From: the human T2T-CHM13v2.0 reference genome, Homo sapiens
Length of the DNA: 64,000 nt
Assembly (NCBI RefSeq): GCF_009914755.1
Contig: NC_060925.1
Strand: one strand, 5' to 3'
The notes beneath the pieces are model-generated. The model made no database searches. It saw only the letters and a list, made by a program, of their open reading frames with translations, and was not told the origin of the DNA. Below are positions 1 to 14,884 of this stretch, one piece after another. Every line of letters begins with the position of its first letter. The stretch's first letter is position 1. A program made the position numbers and the translations under genes.

Positions 1-739
1 GAAGAACTATTAAAGAATTTCAGCAAGGTCAGGGGATTTAAAGTAACTGAACTGGCAGCTATTTAAACAATTTTCTGGGCCTTAAAAATGGGATCATATC
101 TTGACATTCTCATTTCTTTTTCTATTTTGTACTTACTAAATTGCCCCCTTAAGCAAGCAAAACAAATTGCAAAAACATGAGGTAATGCCTCACCTAGAAA
201 CTTAGACACATTGTAAAACTCCTGTGATTTTTTTAAAGGCTTTTTCCTTTTTAAGTGAATCTTTTAAAGATTCGACATTGATGTACTTCATCATCATGCG
301 TTTTTCCCCTTGTTTGCCTTCTCCCTGTATTGCAGTGTTCTAAGATGCAGTGCTGTGGGTCTGAGGTGACCGCCGTGTTCTTTCTGGAAAATGGCTGCTG
401 CTTACAGCTGGTACTCCCTGGCCCAGCGGTGACATGTTTTTATCAATCTGCCATAGAAGGAGCCATGACATTAGTCTACTTCCAGATTAATCAAATGACA
501 CAAAGATCTTTCATCTAATCTCCTCTTCCCCTGTGTCTCTAGATGGGCAAATTTGGCCATTAGTTTAAGTATCTCATAAATGAGGTGATGTGTAAGATAA
601 GAATTTTTGCTAGAGTCTTATTTGAAAGTTCTATTAATCTTGTTTTAATTGTAATATATATTATAGCATATGGCATAAAGCAACATTTTAATAGTCATAG
701 AAAATAAGATATTTTCACATTAAGGAACTGGCAAGAGGT

Positions 740-945
740 TTGATACTGAATTTGTTTTCAAACTCTACCAGCTACTGGCACTGCAAGCTTAAGCAAGTTA
801 CTCAAGCCCTTGAAGCTTGGCCTCTTCGTCTGCAAAATGGGGCTGATAAGGCTTCTAAAAGAGAGTTGTGAAAATTAAATATGATATAGTATGTAAATAT
901 CGTTACATAAAATGTACACATTTACTAAATTATAGTTGTTATTAT
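740..945. mobile_element. MIR fragment
   Basis: aagcaagttact...tctgcaaaatgggg...gttgtgaaaattaaat resembles the MIR core. Confidence 0.65.
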
Positions 946-1672
946 GGAACCCAACACTAAAGAAGCGGGCAGAGAATATCACTTGTTTCTGTAGTTAGGA
1001 ATAGTAGCAGTAAATTTGACATGTGCCACTATAGTGAAATTGCTGGCACTTAAGTTATTTGTCATATACTATAATAATATGATTTATGAATGTTAATTCT
1101 CAAATCAGTTGGAAGCCAACTGTGTGTTCTTGTTCAGAATTGACCAACCTAGAGGTTCTGAATTGAGTGAAACCTATATCATTAAAAGAATGTGACTTGG
1201 TATCTGTTTTCTTCTTTAATTTTGTGAGGAGGCACTTCCAACAGCAGTGTGTCTCTGAATATTTTTCTTGTCACATTAGGATTCACTATTCCAGAAGAGT
1301 TGCGAATAATTTTGTTTTCACAACTAGTTCATTCTGAAAATGCTATTTAAGGTGGTCACTGATATTTGAGGGGAAGTGTGGGAAGAACTATTTATTTGCA
1401 AATACAGAAGACTGGGCCAGATGGAATTTTTTTTAATTCTGCATTTATTCATAGAGCACCACCCGTAACAATTACATTAATTATAGCTCAGACATTCTTT
1501 TTGGTCTCAATAGAAGGGCTTGGTATATTTGTTTGGGTAAGAATTTGGCAATTGAAGTGGGAAACTAAATTTAGTTTTAAGGCTTTATTTTTTGAGATTT
1601 AAAAATTCTTCACCTTTTAATACTGACACTATAGTTTTAAAAACAATGGAAATATTTTTAAGAATAGTCTGG

Positions 1673-1993
<321 letters not shown>

Positions 1994-3709
1994 CTATGCC
2001 CTAAATCAGCAGCCCAGTGTATTTTAGAAACACTTGTCAGTCTTTTGAGTGAGACCCCAAACCGAGACCATGACTTTGTTTTGTCTTACTTGCCCTTCAA
2101 GTATGAAATTGAGGCAAACCCCACCAAACTTGTTTCTTAAGATCTTTATGTTGGACTGCCCTGAAGTGGTAAGAAAAAATTCTGTTACAGGTAGATCTGA
2201 ACTGCGCCCAAAACTCTCGCAAAAATAGAAAGGCTCGATGCTGTCCGCCACTCCCACCTGAGAGTGCCTCCTTGGCCTGCATCTCTTATGCATAAGCTTG
2301 GCCCACCGTCCCTTGTTCTCCATCTGTAGGCTGTAGAATCAGAAGACAGTTACAACAGAAAGACCTAGAGAAGATCACTGAGCAAGAACTGAAAGGAAAT
2401 GATGGAAAAGAGCAGACTCCTTCACTTCAGACACTGGGGCAGGCCCTGCTGAAACAAAAGGGTTTTGGTGGCAGAAAAAAAAGGCGTGGTTCGATTTTTA
2501 GCAAGAATTAAGGTATTGTGACGGAGGGGGTGTCAAAAATGTTAGCCCATCCCACACAATTGTAATTTCTCATACTCTGCTTCTCCCATCTTTAAAAAGA
2601 ATTCAGAAAAAGTTGCCAGAGTTCATTGCCACCCATAGTAAATAAGGTGGGACCACCTGACAAGGCTTGTATCCCTTAGTGTTGACTTCCACAGCCAAAC
2701 ACCACCCTCCCTGGTTGAGGCTGAGCAGGAGCTAAGGCAGGGACCTCACAGCCGCTGCACTAGGACCAGCTCTAGGTTCAGTTGGCTCATTCTGTGCCTT
2801 TCCAGATGATTTCAGGAGCTTCTCTTCCTCTGTCAACATGTTTGTTCCTATTTGCATTGTCTTTTGATTTATGGCTTGTATCCGTTTCTTGAATTTATAG
2901 ATGCAGAATTCATATCAGAAAGATCAATTAAGAGCAACACAACTCTGGGGCTCATCTTTAAAACTATTCTTAATAGGGTTGTTTTTTCTAAGTAGTTAAA
3001 ACGGCACCTTGAAAATCCCTGTGGTAGGTGAATTCACCATTGGTAAGTGTATGACAGTATTTTATGGAGAAAATAGATCGTGAAGGAATCAATAAACTTC
3101 CTCCCCGCTTTTAAAATTTTTGGAAAAATTTTAGAACAGCCAGATTCAAGATCCTCTCCTTTTTTTTACATGTACTAAAAATTAAAAGAATATCAATGAT
3201 ACATCTTTAGTAGTAATGTATTCATGAAAATTAATTCTTGTTTTCCATCTTTTGCTCTTTACAAACTGGTTAAGACTGTTTCCCTCTCAGTGTCAGCAAG
3301 GTGCTTATAAAACCTGTTTTCTCTGTTGTGTGAGGGAGTTCTTTAATGACGATGTTGCTTTCTTCATATATTTGTACTTTACCATTTCAAGGCCACTAAA
3401 GTACTTCTGTTTTCTCAGAACAAGGACTTCTGAAATACATTATTTCCTATAAAAAGAAAAGAATATATTGTTGGCTTGTTGATTTTTTTTTTGAGATAAT
3501 GGTTTCTATAGACCCACATTCAGGGAAGCATAGTCAAAGACTATCTTGGTCTATTTGGCCCTAAAAGCCCTAAGATATAAAAAGAACTAATCGAATCTGT
3601 AATATTTATGCATAGCGCATTATCGAAGATGGCTGGCTGGAACTGCAAGTCATATTTAGTGTTTTATGCTATTGATTAGATAAATGACATTAGAGGCCAT
3701 CCTCAGCTT

Positions 3710-3775
3710 AGTCACTGAGGCCAGCAAGTCACTGATGCCAGCAAGTCACTGGCCTGATGCCAGCAAGTCACTGAC
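3710..3775. repeat. Short tandem repeat, ~17-bp unit CCAGCAAGTCACTGATG, about 3.5 copies
   Basis: Directly visible repetition. Confidence 0.85.
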
Positions 3776-4094
3776 ATCTTCGGTGTTAGGCCCACAGTGC
3801 CTGCCTGTGTCATCACCTACAGCTTGTAGCAATCAGGCAACTAACAAGTTAACTTCTGTGACTGGCCCTGCTGTTCAGGGGCCTTCGGCAAGGCCTCCTG
3901 CTTCCCAGCCTGGCTCTCCCACCTGCTCCTCTTCCTTCTTCCTGCACCTTGGAGTCTGTTAGCTCCTAAATGGCGAGGGTTTTTGGTTTTGTTTCTAAAT
4001 AAGGGGTGGAACATAGGCAGGAGAGAGGCAGCCCAAGTGAAAGAGCTAGAAGGCAACATATAAAGGGGTGGGGTGGGTGTCTGAAGAGATATTA

Positions 4095-4300
4095 GGCAGC
4101 AGACTTTTTCTAGGAAAGGCCAAATTACTAATATTTTAGGCTCTATGATCTCTTAGAACCGCACAGTGCCATTGTAGCCCAGAAGCAGCTGTGCACAGTG
4201 TTCAGATGAATCGGCTCAGCTGTGTTCCAATTAAATTATATTCACAAAAGTAGGCAGCACTGGCCTTTGGCCTGTGGGCCATAGTTTGCCAACCTCTGCA
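4095..4300. mobile_element. MER58-like hAT DNA transposon
   Basis: gctgtgttccaattaaattatattcacaaaa...ggcctgtgggccatagtttgccaacctctg matches remembered MER58A. Confidence 0.75.
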
Positions 4301-4322
4301 TACTAGAAAGTAATATGTCCCA

Positions 4323-4684
<362 letters not shown>

Positions 4685-5208
4685 TTATTTAGTAAATGCG
4701 TAGTTTCTCAGAGAAACTGAGGACAACACTTTAATGTTAAAAGCTTGGTATCTAAATATATTTTAAGCTTCATATGTTCATTTGTTTAAAATTGCTGATG
4801 AATGAAAAAAGCAGTGGAGGATTATAAGCATTTATTATAAAGCAAAACCCAGTGCTAATGACGAAGCAAAGAGGGGACTGTGAGTGATCATTTTACCGAT
4901 AACAGGGAAGTTAAGCTACAAAGCAAGGTGTTCTGATTTCCAGTCGACTGAACACGTCATGCTGCCTGTCCCCGGAGTGAGTTCAGGGGTTAAAAAAGGA
5001 AACCAGGGTTTTGGACTTTTGTGTTTCTCAGTCATCTGCAGAGAAGTGAAAGTTTTATTCTGTTAGATTTTGATGTTATTTTTTTCTATAGGAATTGGAT
5101 ACCCCTGTAATAAAAATTCAAATATCTGTTGAATGAGCCTTTTTATAGCTACATGTAGAGATGTCCCGCCTTAATAAAAGAATTATAGGTTCTTATAATT
5201 TCTGACAG

Positions 5209-5344
5209 GTTGTTCCTACTGAAGGATTGGTCTCCATATTAAAGAAGAGGAATGATACTGTAGGAGATCATCCTGCCCAAATGCAACACAAACCATCTAA
5301 GCGAAGAGTGAGATTCCAAGAAATAGACGATAGCTTGGATCAAG
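5209..5344 (+). CDS. CNST: Consortin penultimate coding exon (136 nt, phase 0 to phase 1)
   Basis: Flanked by acceptor tttctgacag| and donor CAAG|gtaaac. Translates as VVPTEGLVSILKKRNDTVGDHPAQMQHKPSKRRVRFQEIDDSLDQ. The final G joins AT at 10710 to make Asp, in frame with the last exon. Peptide recognised as consortin. Confidence 0.95.
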
Positions 5345-5453
5345 GTAAACCGCTTGGCACTGTGGCTAGCAGGATAGATGCTCAGTGTTTGCTGAAAGGA
5401 TGAGTTTGTGAATGATGTGACGTTTACTAACAGGATTTGTAAAAGACTATGTC

Positions 5454-5760
5454 CGCCAGGCACGGTGGCTCACACCTGTAATCCCAGCACTTTAGGAGGC
5501 TCAGGCGGGCAGATCACTTGAAATCAGGAGTTCGAGACAAGCCTGACCAACATGACAAAACCCTGTGTCCACTAAAATTAGAAAAATTAGCGAGTGTGGG
5601 GGTACGCGCCTGTAATCCCAGCTACTCAGGAGACTGAAGCAGGAGAATCGCTTGAACCCGGGAGACAGGTTACAGTGAGCCAAGAGCGTGCCACTGCACT
5701 TCAGCCTAGGTGGCAGAGCGAGGCTCCATCTCAAAAAATAAATATAAATAAGTAAATAAA
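5454..5760 (+). mobile_element. AluS
   Basis: Full dimer. TSD aaagactatgtc / aaagaatatgtc. Confidence 0.9.
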
Positions 5761-5979
5761 AGAATATGTCAGTTTAGTTGCTTTATCTTCTAAGGGAGAA
5801 ACATATAAAATCCAACTATCATCTTAAATCATTTCTAAATCTTTACTTGCTTAAATAAGTGAGCAAGCTGCAAAATTCAACTTGTGGCCTCCCTGTTCCA
5901 TAGACAGTTAATGTTGAGAGCTTAGTTCAGTTTCCCTCTTTAGTACTTTTTGTGTGAGTCTGCTATTTTTGTCTTTTGT

Positions 5980-6449
<470 letters not shown>

Positions 6450-7299
6450 TAATACTCCTCCTTTATTGTGGAAAATATTTATGAATATTCTCTTCAGTGA
6501 TTTCCTCTTCATTGATAGAAAAGAGTGTCTCTCGAGAGCAGCAGTTTTACACCATTGCTGCTGTTTGACTTCTTCGTCCTGGGCCTGTCAAACTTAAGGC
6601 CCTGACTTGGTCTAACATGAGGTGGTGAGTTTTGTAGTGAACAATGCTGCCTTTTATGGTTGCAAATATGTTTATCTAAGGTGTAAGTAAATAAGAGTAA
6701 ATGGAAAGGTAACCCAGAACCTGTCAGTGGGCTTCTCATATTCATAAAACAACTGCATTGTTAAAATAACAGTGTAAATATTTAGGTATGCTTTCTGGGT
6801 GTGACATAAGTGATAACAGTAGAGGTTTCTGCATTTTTACAATTAGAAAGCTGGTTAGGGGGCCTTAGAAATAATGTCCTAACCCCTGATTTTACTTCTG
6901 CACCTTGCTTGTAACTCTCACAGTCTTCTCCAGATAAGGTGCTCACTTCTGTTTGCACTAATTTGACCAAATCGTTCCTTAATAGGAGGAACCCCGGATT
7001 TGAAACTCACAGTCTGCATTTCACTTTGTAGCCACCTCATCTTAAACTAAGTCACTTACTTGTAGGAGACTGAGTTCCATCATCTTTAAAATAAGGAGAA
7101 TAACATCTGCCTCTCTGTCCCTATTGAAAAGCGTGTCAGATAATATGTATAAATTCATTTTGAGAATTATAAAACTAAATGTAAATGTTGATTGTGTTGG
7201 TTTGTTCCTAAGCTCTGTGACTTACACGGTGTTTTCATAAACCTCACCTTCTGCCAAAATCTTCCTAAAAGGGCCTGTTCTTCCTTCTGTAAGCCAATG

Positions 7300-7905
<606 letters not shown>

Positions 7906-8069
7906 CAGACAGGTCTAGGACATATAAATAAAACAAACAGCATAGATGCTTTTACATATTTAAGCTATATTTAAATGTTTGGATTTGAATATATGATAAT
8001 GAAGAAAAATACTTTAGGTTGTTAACATAGATGAAGTGGGGGTAGGAATCATGTTAAGAAAAGCACGTA

Positions 8070-8760
<691 letters not shown>

Positions 8761-9380
8761 ACAACTATTTTAAAATGTAAATTTCAGAGCAAACAATTTT
8801 TTAATCCTATTTTGATGTAAGTCCTGAAATCATACGTGTTTGATCTGAAATGACACACACCAAATTTAACAGTGTTTACCTCTGGGATGGGAAGGAAATA
8901 TGATTGGGCGGGAGAAAAACGGATAGTCCCTTAGACTCTAAGATGCTTTTGGGGTTGCGTTTTTACAGGGAGAATATATTCATGTATTACTGCACAATGT
9001 TCTAAATAAAGTCTATTTGGTATCCATTAGGTTTTGTAAAATTTGTTTCTTGTAAAAATATATGCTAATTATGAAAAAAATCAGTTTAATAAAGTAAAAA
9101 TTAAATCATGAGTCTTAGACATCCTTCAATGAAAGAACATATTAAATTTACTTCATTCTATTAAATACTTACATCATATTCCATTATATAAATGTCCCAT
9201 AATTGTTTAACTGTTCCATTGTAACCAGAACCACTAAGTTATTCCCAGCCTTTTGTTATAACAAACCCTGCTGCAGTGAACAAGCTTGTATATATGATAT
9301 TTGTTGTGCAGAACTGTAGCCTAATTCTTAAAGGTGGATTTGCTGGGATATGTTGAAACTATATGTCCCAGGTGGCCTGA

Positions 9381-9735
<355 letters not shown>

Positions 9736-10097
9736 TTAACACTGTCTTTTACTCTCAAAATTGTCCAGTCTGTAGGATAAATTAATTTTAAATTTTAATA
9801 GATACTGCCAAATTACCTTCCAAAAAGGCATTCCTACACTTTAATCATGCTGCAGATCAGAAGACTTTTTGGTCTTTTTGAAATTAAAATTTTTTTTAAA
9901 TTATGAATAATTAAGATATTTTTCAACCAAAGAATGATTGTTTTCTTCAATATAGAAAGATGCAAAAGAGATCCCACCCAAAGGCATTTTTATTGTTTAA
10001 TATTAAGTCGACTTTGCTCTCAGGTAGTCCCATTATGTGAACCCCAAGGATCTTAGAACAGCCAGGCTGTACTGTAGACTGTCAAATAATGCTGTCG

Positions 10098-10397
10098 GGG
10101 TGGGCATGCTGGCTCACACCTGTAATCCCAGTACTTTGAGAGGCCATGACATGAAGATAACTTGAGGCCAGGAGTTCAAGACCACCCTCTGCAGCATAGT
10201 GAGACCCCATCTCTACCAAAAAATAAAAAATAAATAGCCAGGCATGGTGGCACAGGCCTGTAGTCCTAGCTGCTCAGGAGGCTGAGGCAGGAGGACTACT
10301 TGAGCCCAGGTGTCAGGGCTGCAGTGAGCCAAGATTTTGCCACTGCACTTCAGCCAGGGTGACAAAGTGAGACCCTGTCTCTAAAAAACAAACAAAA
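10098..10397 (+). mobile_element. AluJ
   Basis: Diverged Alu dimer. Confidence 0.88.
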
Positions 10398-10709
10398 ATG
10401 AATGAATTCATTAATGCGTGCTATGAGCACGTGAGCTGTTTTTCTTCTTCTCATGGAGTGATTCTGTCCATTGTATAAATGAGCTAGTTTTAATTTTAGC
10501 TTGTACAAGCTCCACAAGTCTGAATCTTCTTGGTATTTAATAGGTAGGTCTTTGTAGAGTCATTAGCAGCATGAGTTTTCTGTCAATACTTCCTATCCGT
10601 AGAGGACCAACAGTAGAAATGTGTAGTTATCTTAATTAGTGAAAAGACAGCAGATGCTAAGATTTCCATTTCGGTGACAATGTAACCTCACTCTTTCTCA
10701 TGTTTGCAG

Positions 10710-10915
10710 ATGAAGTTGGAGGTGGCTCCTGTATTTTGCTGGTCTTGCTGTGCATAGCAACGGTTTTCCTCAGTGTTGGAGGAACTGCATTATACTGCAC
10801 TTTCGGTGACATGGAGTCACCTGTTTGTACTGACTTTGCAGACAACATGGACTTCTATTACACTAAGTTACTTCAGGGAGTGGCAGAACTGAAGCACTGG
10901 ATCTACCTCTCCTAG
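10710..10915 (+). CDS. CNST: Consortin last coding exon: transmembrane helix, short tail and stop
   Basis: Acceptor ctctttctcatgtttgcag| at 10709. Reads DEVGGGSCILLVLLCIATVFLSVGGTALYCTFGDMESPVCTDFADNMDFYYTKLLQGVAELKHWIYLS with TAG at 10913-10915 and a hydrophobic stretch. Matches the consortin C-terminus. Confidence 0.95.
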
Positions 10916-11872
10916 CAGCATTCCAGACACAGACATGCTGGCAGTGAGAGTGAAAGGCGGGAGACTTTCTAAACAGTTTTTCTTTCAGGAATTCTGTAGC
11001 ATTCCCCCTTCCCTCTGTTAGGAACCAAGGACATCAGAAATAGCAACTTTAAGTGGCAAGCCGGAGGAACTCTGTTAGAATAATCCACACAGTGAGGCAA
11101 ATATCAATCTAAGCATTGTGGATGGAAGGAATGGTCTTTGGAGAGAGCATATCCATCTCCTCCTCACTGCCTCCTAATGTCATGAGGTACACTGAGCAGA
11201 ATTAAACAGGGTAGTCTTAACCACACTATTTTTAGCTACCTTGTCAAGCTAATGGTTAAAGAACACTTTTGGTTTACACTTGTTGGGTCATAGAAGTTGC
11301 TTTCCGCCATCACGCAATAAGTTTGTGTGTAATCAGAAGGAGTTACCTTATGGTTTCAGTGTCATTCTTTAGTTAACTTGGGAGCTGTGTAATTTAGGCT
11401 TTGCGTATTATTTCACTTCTGTTCTCCACTTATGAAGTGATTGTGTGTTTGCGTGTGTGTGCGTGCGCATGTGCTTCCGGCAGTTAACATAAGCAAATAC
11501 CCAACATCACAAAGATGATCTTTCTTCTTTTAACTTGATGATGATGTGCAGGCACAAATCTTTGGAGAAGGCTTAACTGTGGAATAGATGAATTCTAGAA
11601 CTCTTGACCCTGCAATGAGAAACTGTGACAGATCTGTGTCAATTAACTTGATTAGCCAGAAATTAATCACAGGCCTAGAGACCAAAGAAAAAGCTCCCCT
11701 GAGTCTCAGGCAACAGTTTTGTCACGGATGCAAAGCTTCCTGAAATCATGAATGCTGGACTCAGTTTGGCAAACGCTTACACCTATTATGTTCTGAGATT
11801 CTGAGAACCAGAATGCAAACTTAAGTAAGATACAGTTCCCACTGTAGGTGTTTTAATCCTGGTCTTATATAG

Positions 11873-11878
11873 AATAAA
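11873..11878 (+). terminator. Possible proximal polyadenylation signal AATAAA
   Basis: Canonical hexamer inside the UTR. Usage cannot be shown from sequence. Confidence 0.3.
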
Positions 11879-13572
11879 CCAGTACTTTGCTGAGTGAAAT
11901 CACCATATAGAATTCAGTATTAACAGATCATGCATTCAGATGCTTGAATGTGCATTCTTGTTGTGGGCTTGATTTAGATCCTATTGCGGGGTCATTACGC
12001 AAAAATTCAATCATACCTTCCATAGACAAATGTCTGATTTTTGTTTAAATCTGTCCGTTAGGTGGCCTTTCCTTATCTGAGGTGTAGTGGTCTAACATTT
12101 AGGAAGCCTTGCTTTGACTTTATCGGGCAGCATTAAAAAAAAAACAACAAAGAAAAACCAAACATGAATTATAGTTTTTAACAAGTGATCTTTATTTCCT
12201 GTCTTCTGTTAGGATCATTTGAAAGAAAAAGGGAGAACTTACTTTCTAGTTGTTACTGGCTGGCACAGTACCTCCCTTTGTGTTTCTGCTTATTTATTTA
12301 GATTATGTGAATCTTAAAGGGCTTTTTATATCAGTTGAAAGTGTGTTACTGCGCATGCATTTGGTGATTCCAGTGCTAGATATTTAATTACTGTGTATTT
12401 AGTGTTTTGATTTTCTATAATTTCAGTTCCGCGTGTTTTTACACTTGTTCATTTTAAATTGATGTTTCATTTTCACTTATAATACTGTTTGACTTGTCTC
12501 TATCATGTCACCATAAACTGTAATATTTTCAAGGGTTATAGATCAAAGATATTTATTTAGAAATGTACAAGATAATGAAATTTAGATTCCTTATACTTAA
12601 GGCTGATTTTATTAGAAGATTATTTTAATGTTCTATTATAAATTTTAAGAATTTGTATTCAAATTGTATGTAAAATATGTAAAATGTTGACGGTACTATA
12701 TTAAGTGGTTCTATAAAAGCTATTCACAAGTTCTACTGTGATGGACATCCTCATCATAGACAAACCTCCTCTGTTTTATCCTCAATTTCTAGTTACAGAA
12801 ATTTGGTGATGCTTATTTTTGCCAATTTTATGTCAAAATAAGTTAAAACTTCCCTCCTGTTCACCTCTTGGGTCTCTATCCTGTGTAACCTCTGGTGTAG
12901 TATTTGCCCATAGGCAACCAGAGCCACTTCCTCTGAACCCAACATCTCCTGGGGACCTTCGCAGCAAGAGGAAAGCACTGAGACAATAGCTTGCTAAGCA
13001 GGGGCCCAGTGGTGTCTCAGAGAAACCATGGGTGTCCTCGCCACTTCCCAGGGAGGGTGAGGTGAGCTCGGGAACATAACGATGTTTTGACTTACAATAG
13101 GCATGAAATCGCAACTAGAAAAATTAGGGCAGTTTTTAAAAATGTCATAGTTATCTATTGCATGAACTGGAGTAATTCCACCTGGTGGTGAAAGGATTGT
13201 TATTTCACACATGAAAAATTCATCCAGTTTTACTAAAATGTAATTTTTTCTGTCATTTGAAAGTACTGACAACTATTTGTAACTAATCTTCCTTAAGAAC
13301 TGTATTTGAGGGTATCAAATCAAGCTTGTAATTTAAAATCTGTACCAACAAAGTGTCTCAGAGAGTTTATTTGAACCATTGGGTGCTGAGAAAAAACTGC
13401 TTTAAAGTGAAACTTTGATTTCAGAAGTTGATCTGGCCCTACAAGTAGACAGTCATCTACTTTGGGAAGACTAATAGGTCCTTAGGTAACGGCTCTTCTG
13501 CTTTAAAATACCTCCCCCATCTGCTGACAGTAGCTGAAGATTATTCTAAACATTCATTCTTTTAGATTTAAA

Positions 13573-13578
13573 AATAAA
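13573..13578 (+). terminator. Distal polyadenylation signal AATAAA
   Basis: Canonical hexamer, with a U/GU-rich tract at 13613-13650 and the end of the repeat-free stretch just downstream. Confidence 0.7.
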
Positions 13579-13614
13579 AATCTTCTGGAGGATTTAAGAT
13601 TTGAAGGGGGCCTT

Positions 13615-13914
13615 ATTTTGTTTTTTTGTTTTGTTCTATTCTGTTTTTTCGCCCTGTCGCCCAGGCTTGAGTGCAGTGGCGCAGTGTCTGCCAACTGCAA
13701 CGTCCGCCTCACAGGTTCACGTGATTCTCGTGCCTCAGCCTCCCAAGTAGCCAGGATTACAGACATGCGCCACCGCGCCCGGCTGATTTTTGTATTTTTT
13801 GTAGAGACGGCGGTTTCATTGGCCAAGCTGGTCTCGACTCCCAACCTCAGGTGATCGACTGCCTCAGCCTCCCAAAGTGCTGGTATTACAGGCGTGAGCC
13901 ACCGCACTCGGCCC
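13615..13914 (-). mobile_element. AluS
   Basis: Antisense Alu with TSD gggccttattt. Confidence 0.9.
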
Positions 13915-14773
13915 ACGGGCCTTATTTGAAGGACTTACGTGAATTGGGTTTTGCTGGAGTGCCGGGAGGATATGGGGTAGGAGTGGCAGGGATGGAGAAA
14001 GGTGAAAGGTGGGAAAGGACACAGAAATCCTTTAGCTGTTCACCTGCTTTGCTGAAGGTGGCCTTGAGGCATTTACTCCCAATCCAGAGAGGCTGAATTT
14101 TTCCCTTCTGGTGACATGAACTGCGTAACTGTCCGTTTCTTTGGGCTCGCTGTTGTGTACGATTTTGTGCAGTGTGTGTGGTGTTTACACATTTTTTCAT
14201 TTGATGCTGAGATTAGTAAATACACATCCCTCCAATCCAGATCTTACAACTCCCAAATCCGTCATAGTTTCTATACTGCCCTGTTGCCTCTATCTTCAAA
14301 AAGAGTAAGTAAGAGTGATTCGAGGATTTATGGCACAAATTCTAGTGCCATCTGCTGTTTTAACAACCCCAAAGATAAACATTTATTGAGCCTCCTGTCC
14401 TAACCCTATACAAGCTACAGTGGGTTAGAAATTTCCTTAAGGAATTTTTGTACTATTTCAATTTCCCTGGGTTTAGGCTACTGAGAGAAAAGCTGCGGTA
14501 ACCAATAGGTACCCGTTCTCTTCTCCCTGATCAAAGAAGAGTTGCTCCCAAACTCACCTTTTTGTCTATTCCCGTGAGATCAGTGCAGAACTATGAGCAA
14601 CAGCGTTTATCACTGTCTTTACCTTGGCAAACGTTTGAATGCCTGCCGTGTGCCTAGCACCGAGCCGGGTTCTGGGGCCCCGGAAACAAGAAATGGTACC
14701 AGCTCCAGGAATTAGCATCTGCTGAGGGAAACATATTTGTGCAGAGGGAATAAAAAGGAAGAACCTGGGAACG

Positions 14774-14884
14774 TGCTACTCACGGGGTGGGAACCAGAGC
14801 TTCCCTGGTGTGTCACACACTATTAGATGCTACTCACGGGGGTGGGGACCAGAGCTTCCCTAGTGTGCGTCACACACTGTTAGA
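14774..14884. repeat. Tandem duplication of ~55 bp
   Basis: tgctactcacggggtggg.accagagcttccct.gtgtg..cacacact.ttaga occurs at 14774 and 14828. Confidence 0.9.

Larger units (their letters stand above)
10916..13600 (+). other. CNST: CNST 3' UTR (3' end approximate)
   Basis: About 2.7 kb after the stop with no Alu, in an otherwise Alu-dense region. AU-rich. Ends near AATAAA 13573-13578, which is followed by a T/GT-rich tract. Confidence 0.75.

Noticed and set aside
10669-10817. TTTCGGTGACA present both in the intron (10669) and in the last exon (10801), with a GGTGAC/GTCACC mini-hairpin
   Set aside because: An 11-bp match and a 6-bp stem are too short to separate from chance without conservation data.
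10700-10915. Stand-alone 71-aa ORF starting MFAD
   Set aside because: The ATG lies in the intron acceptor region. The frame is the spliced last exon of CNST.
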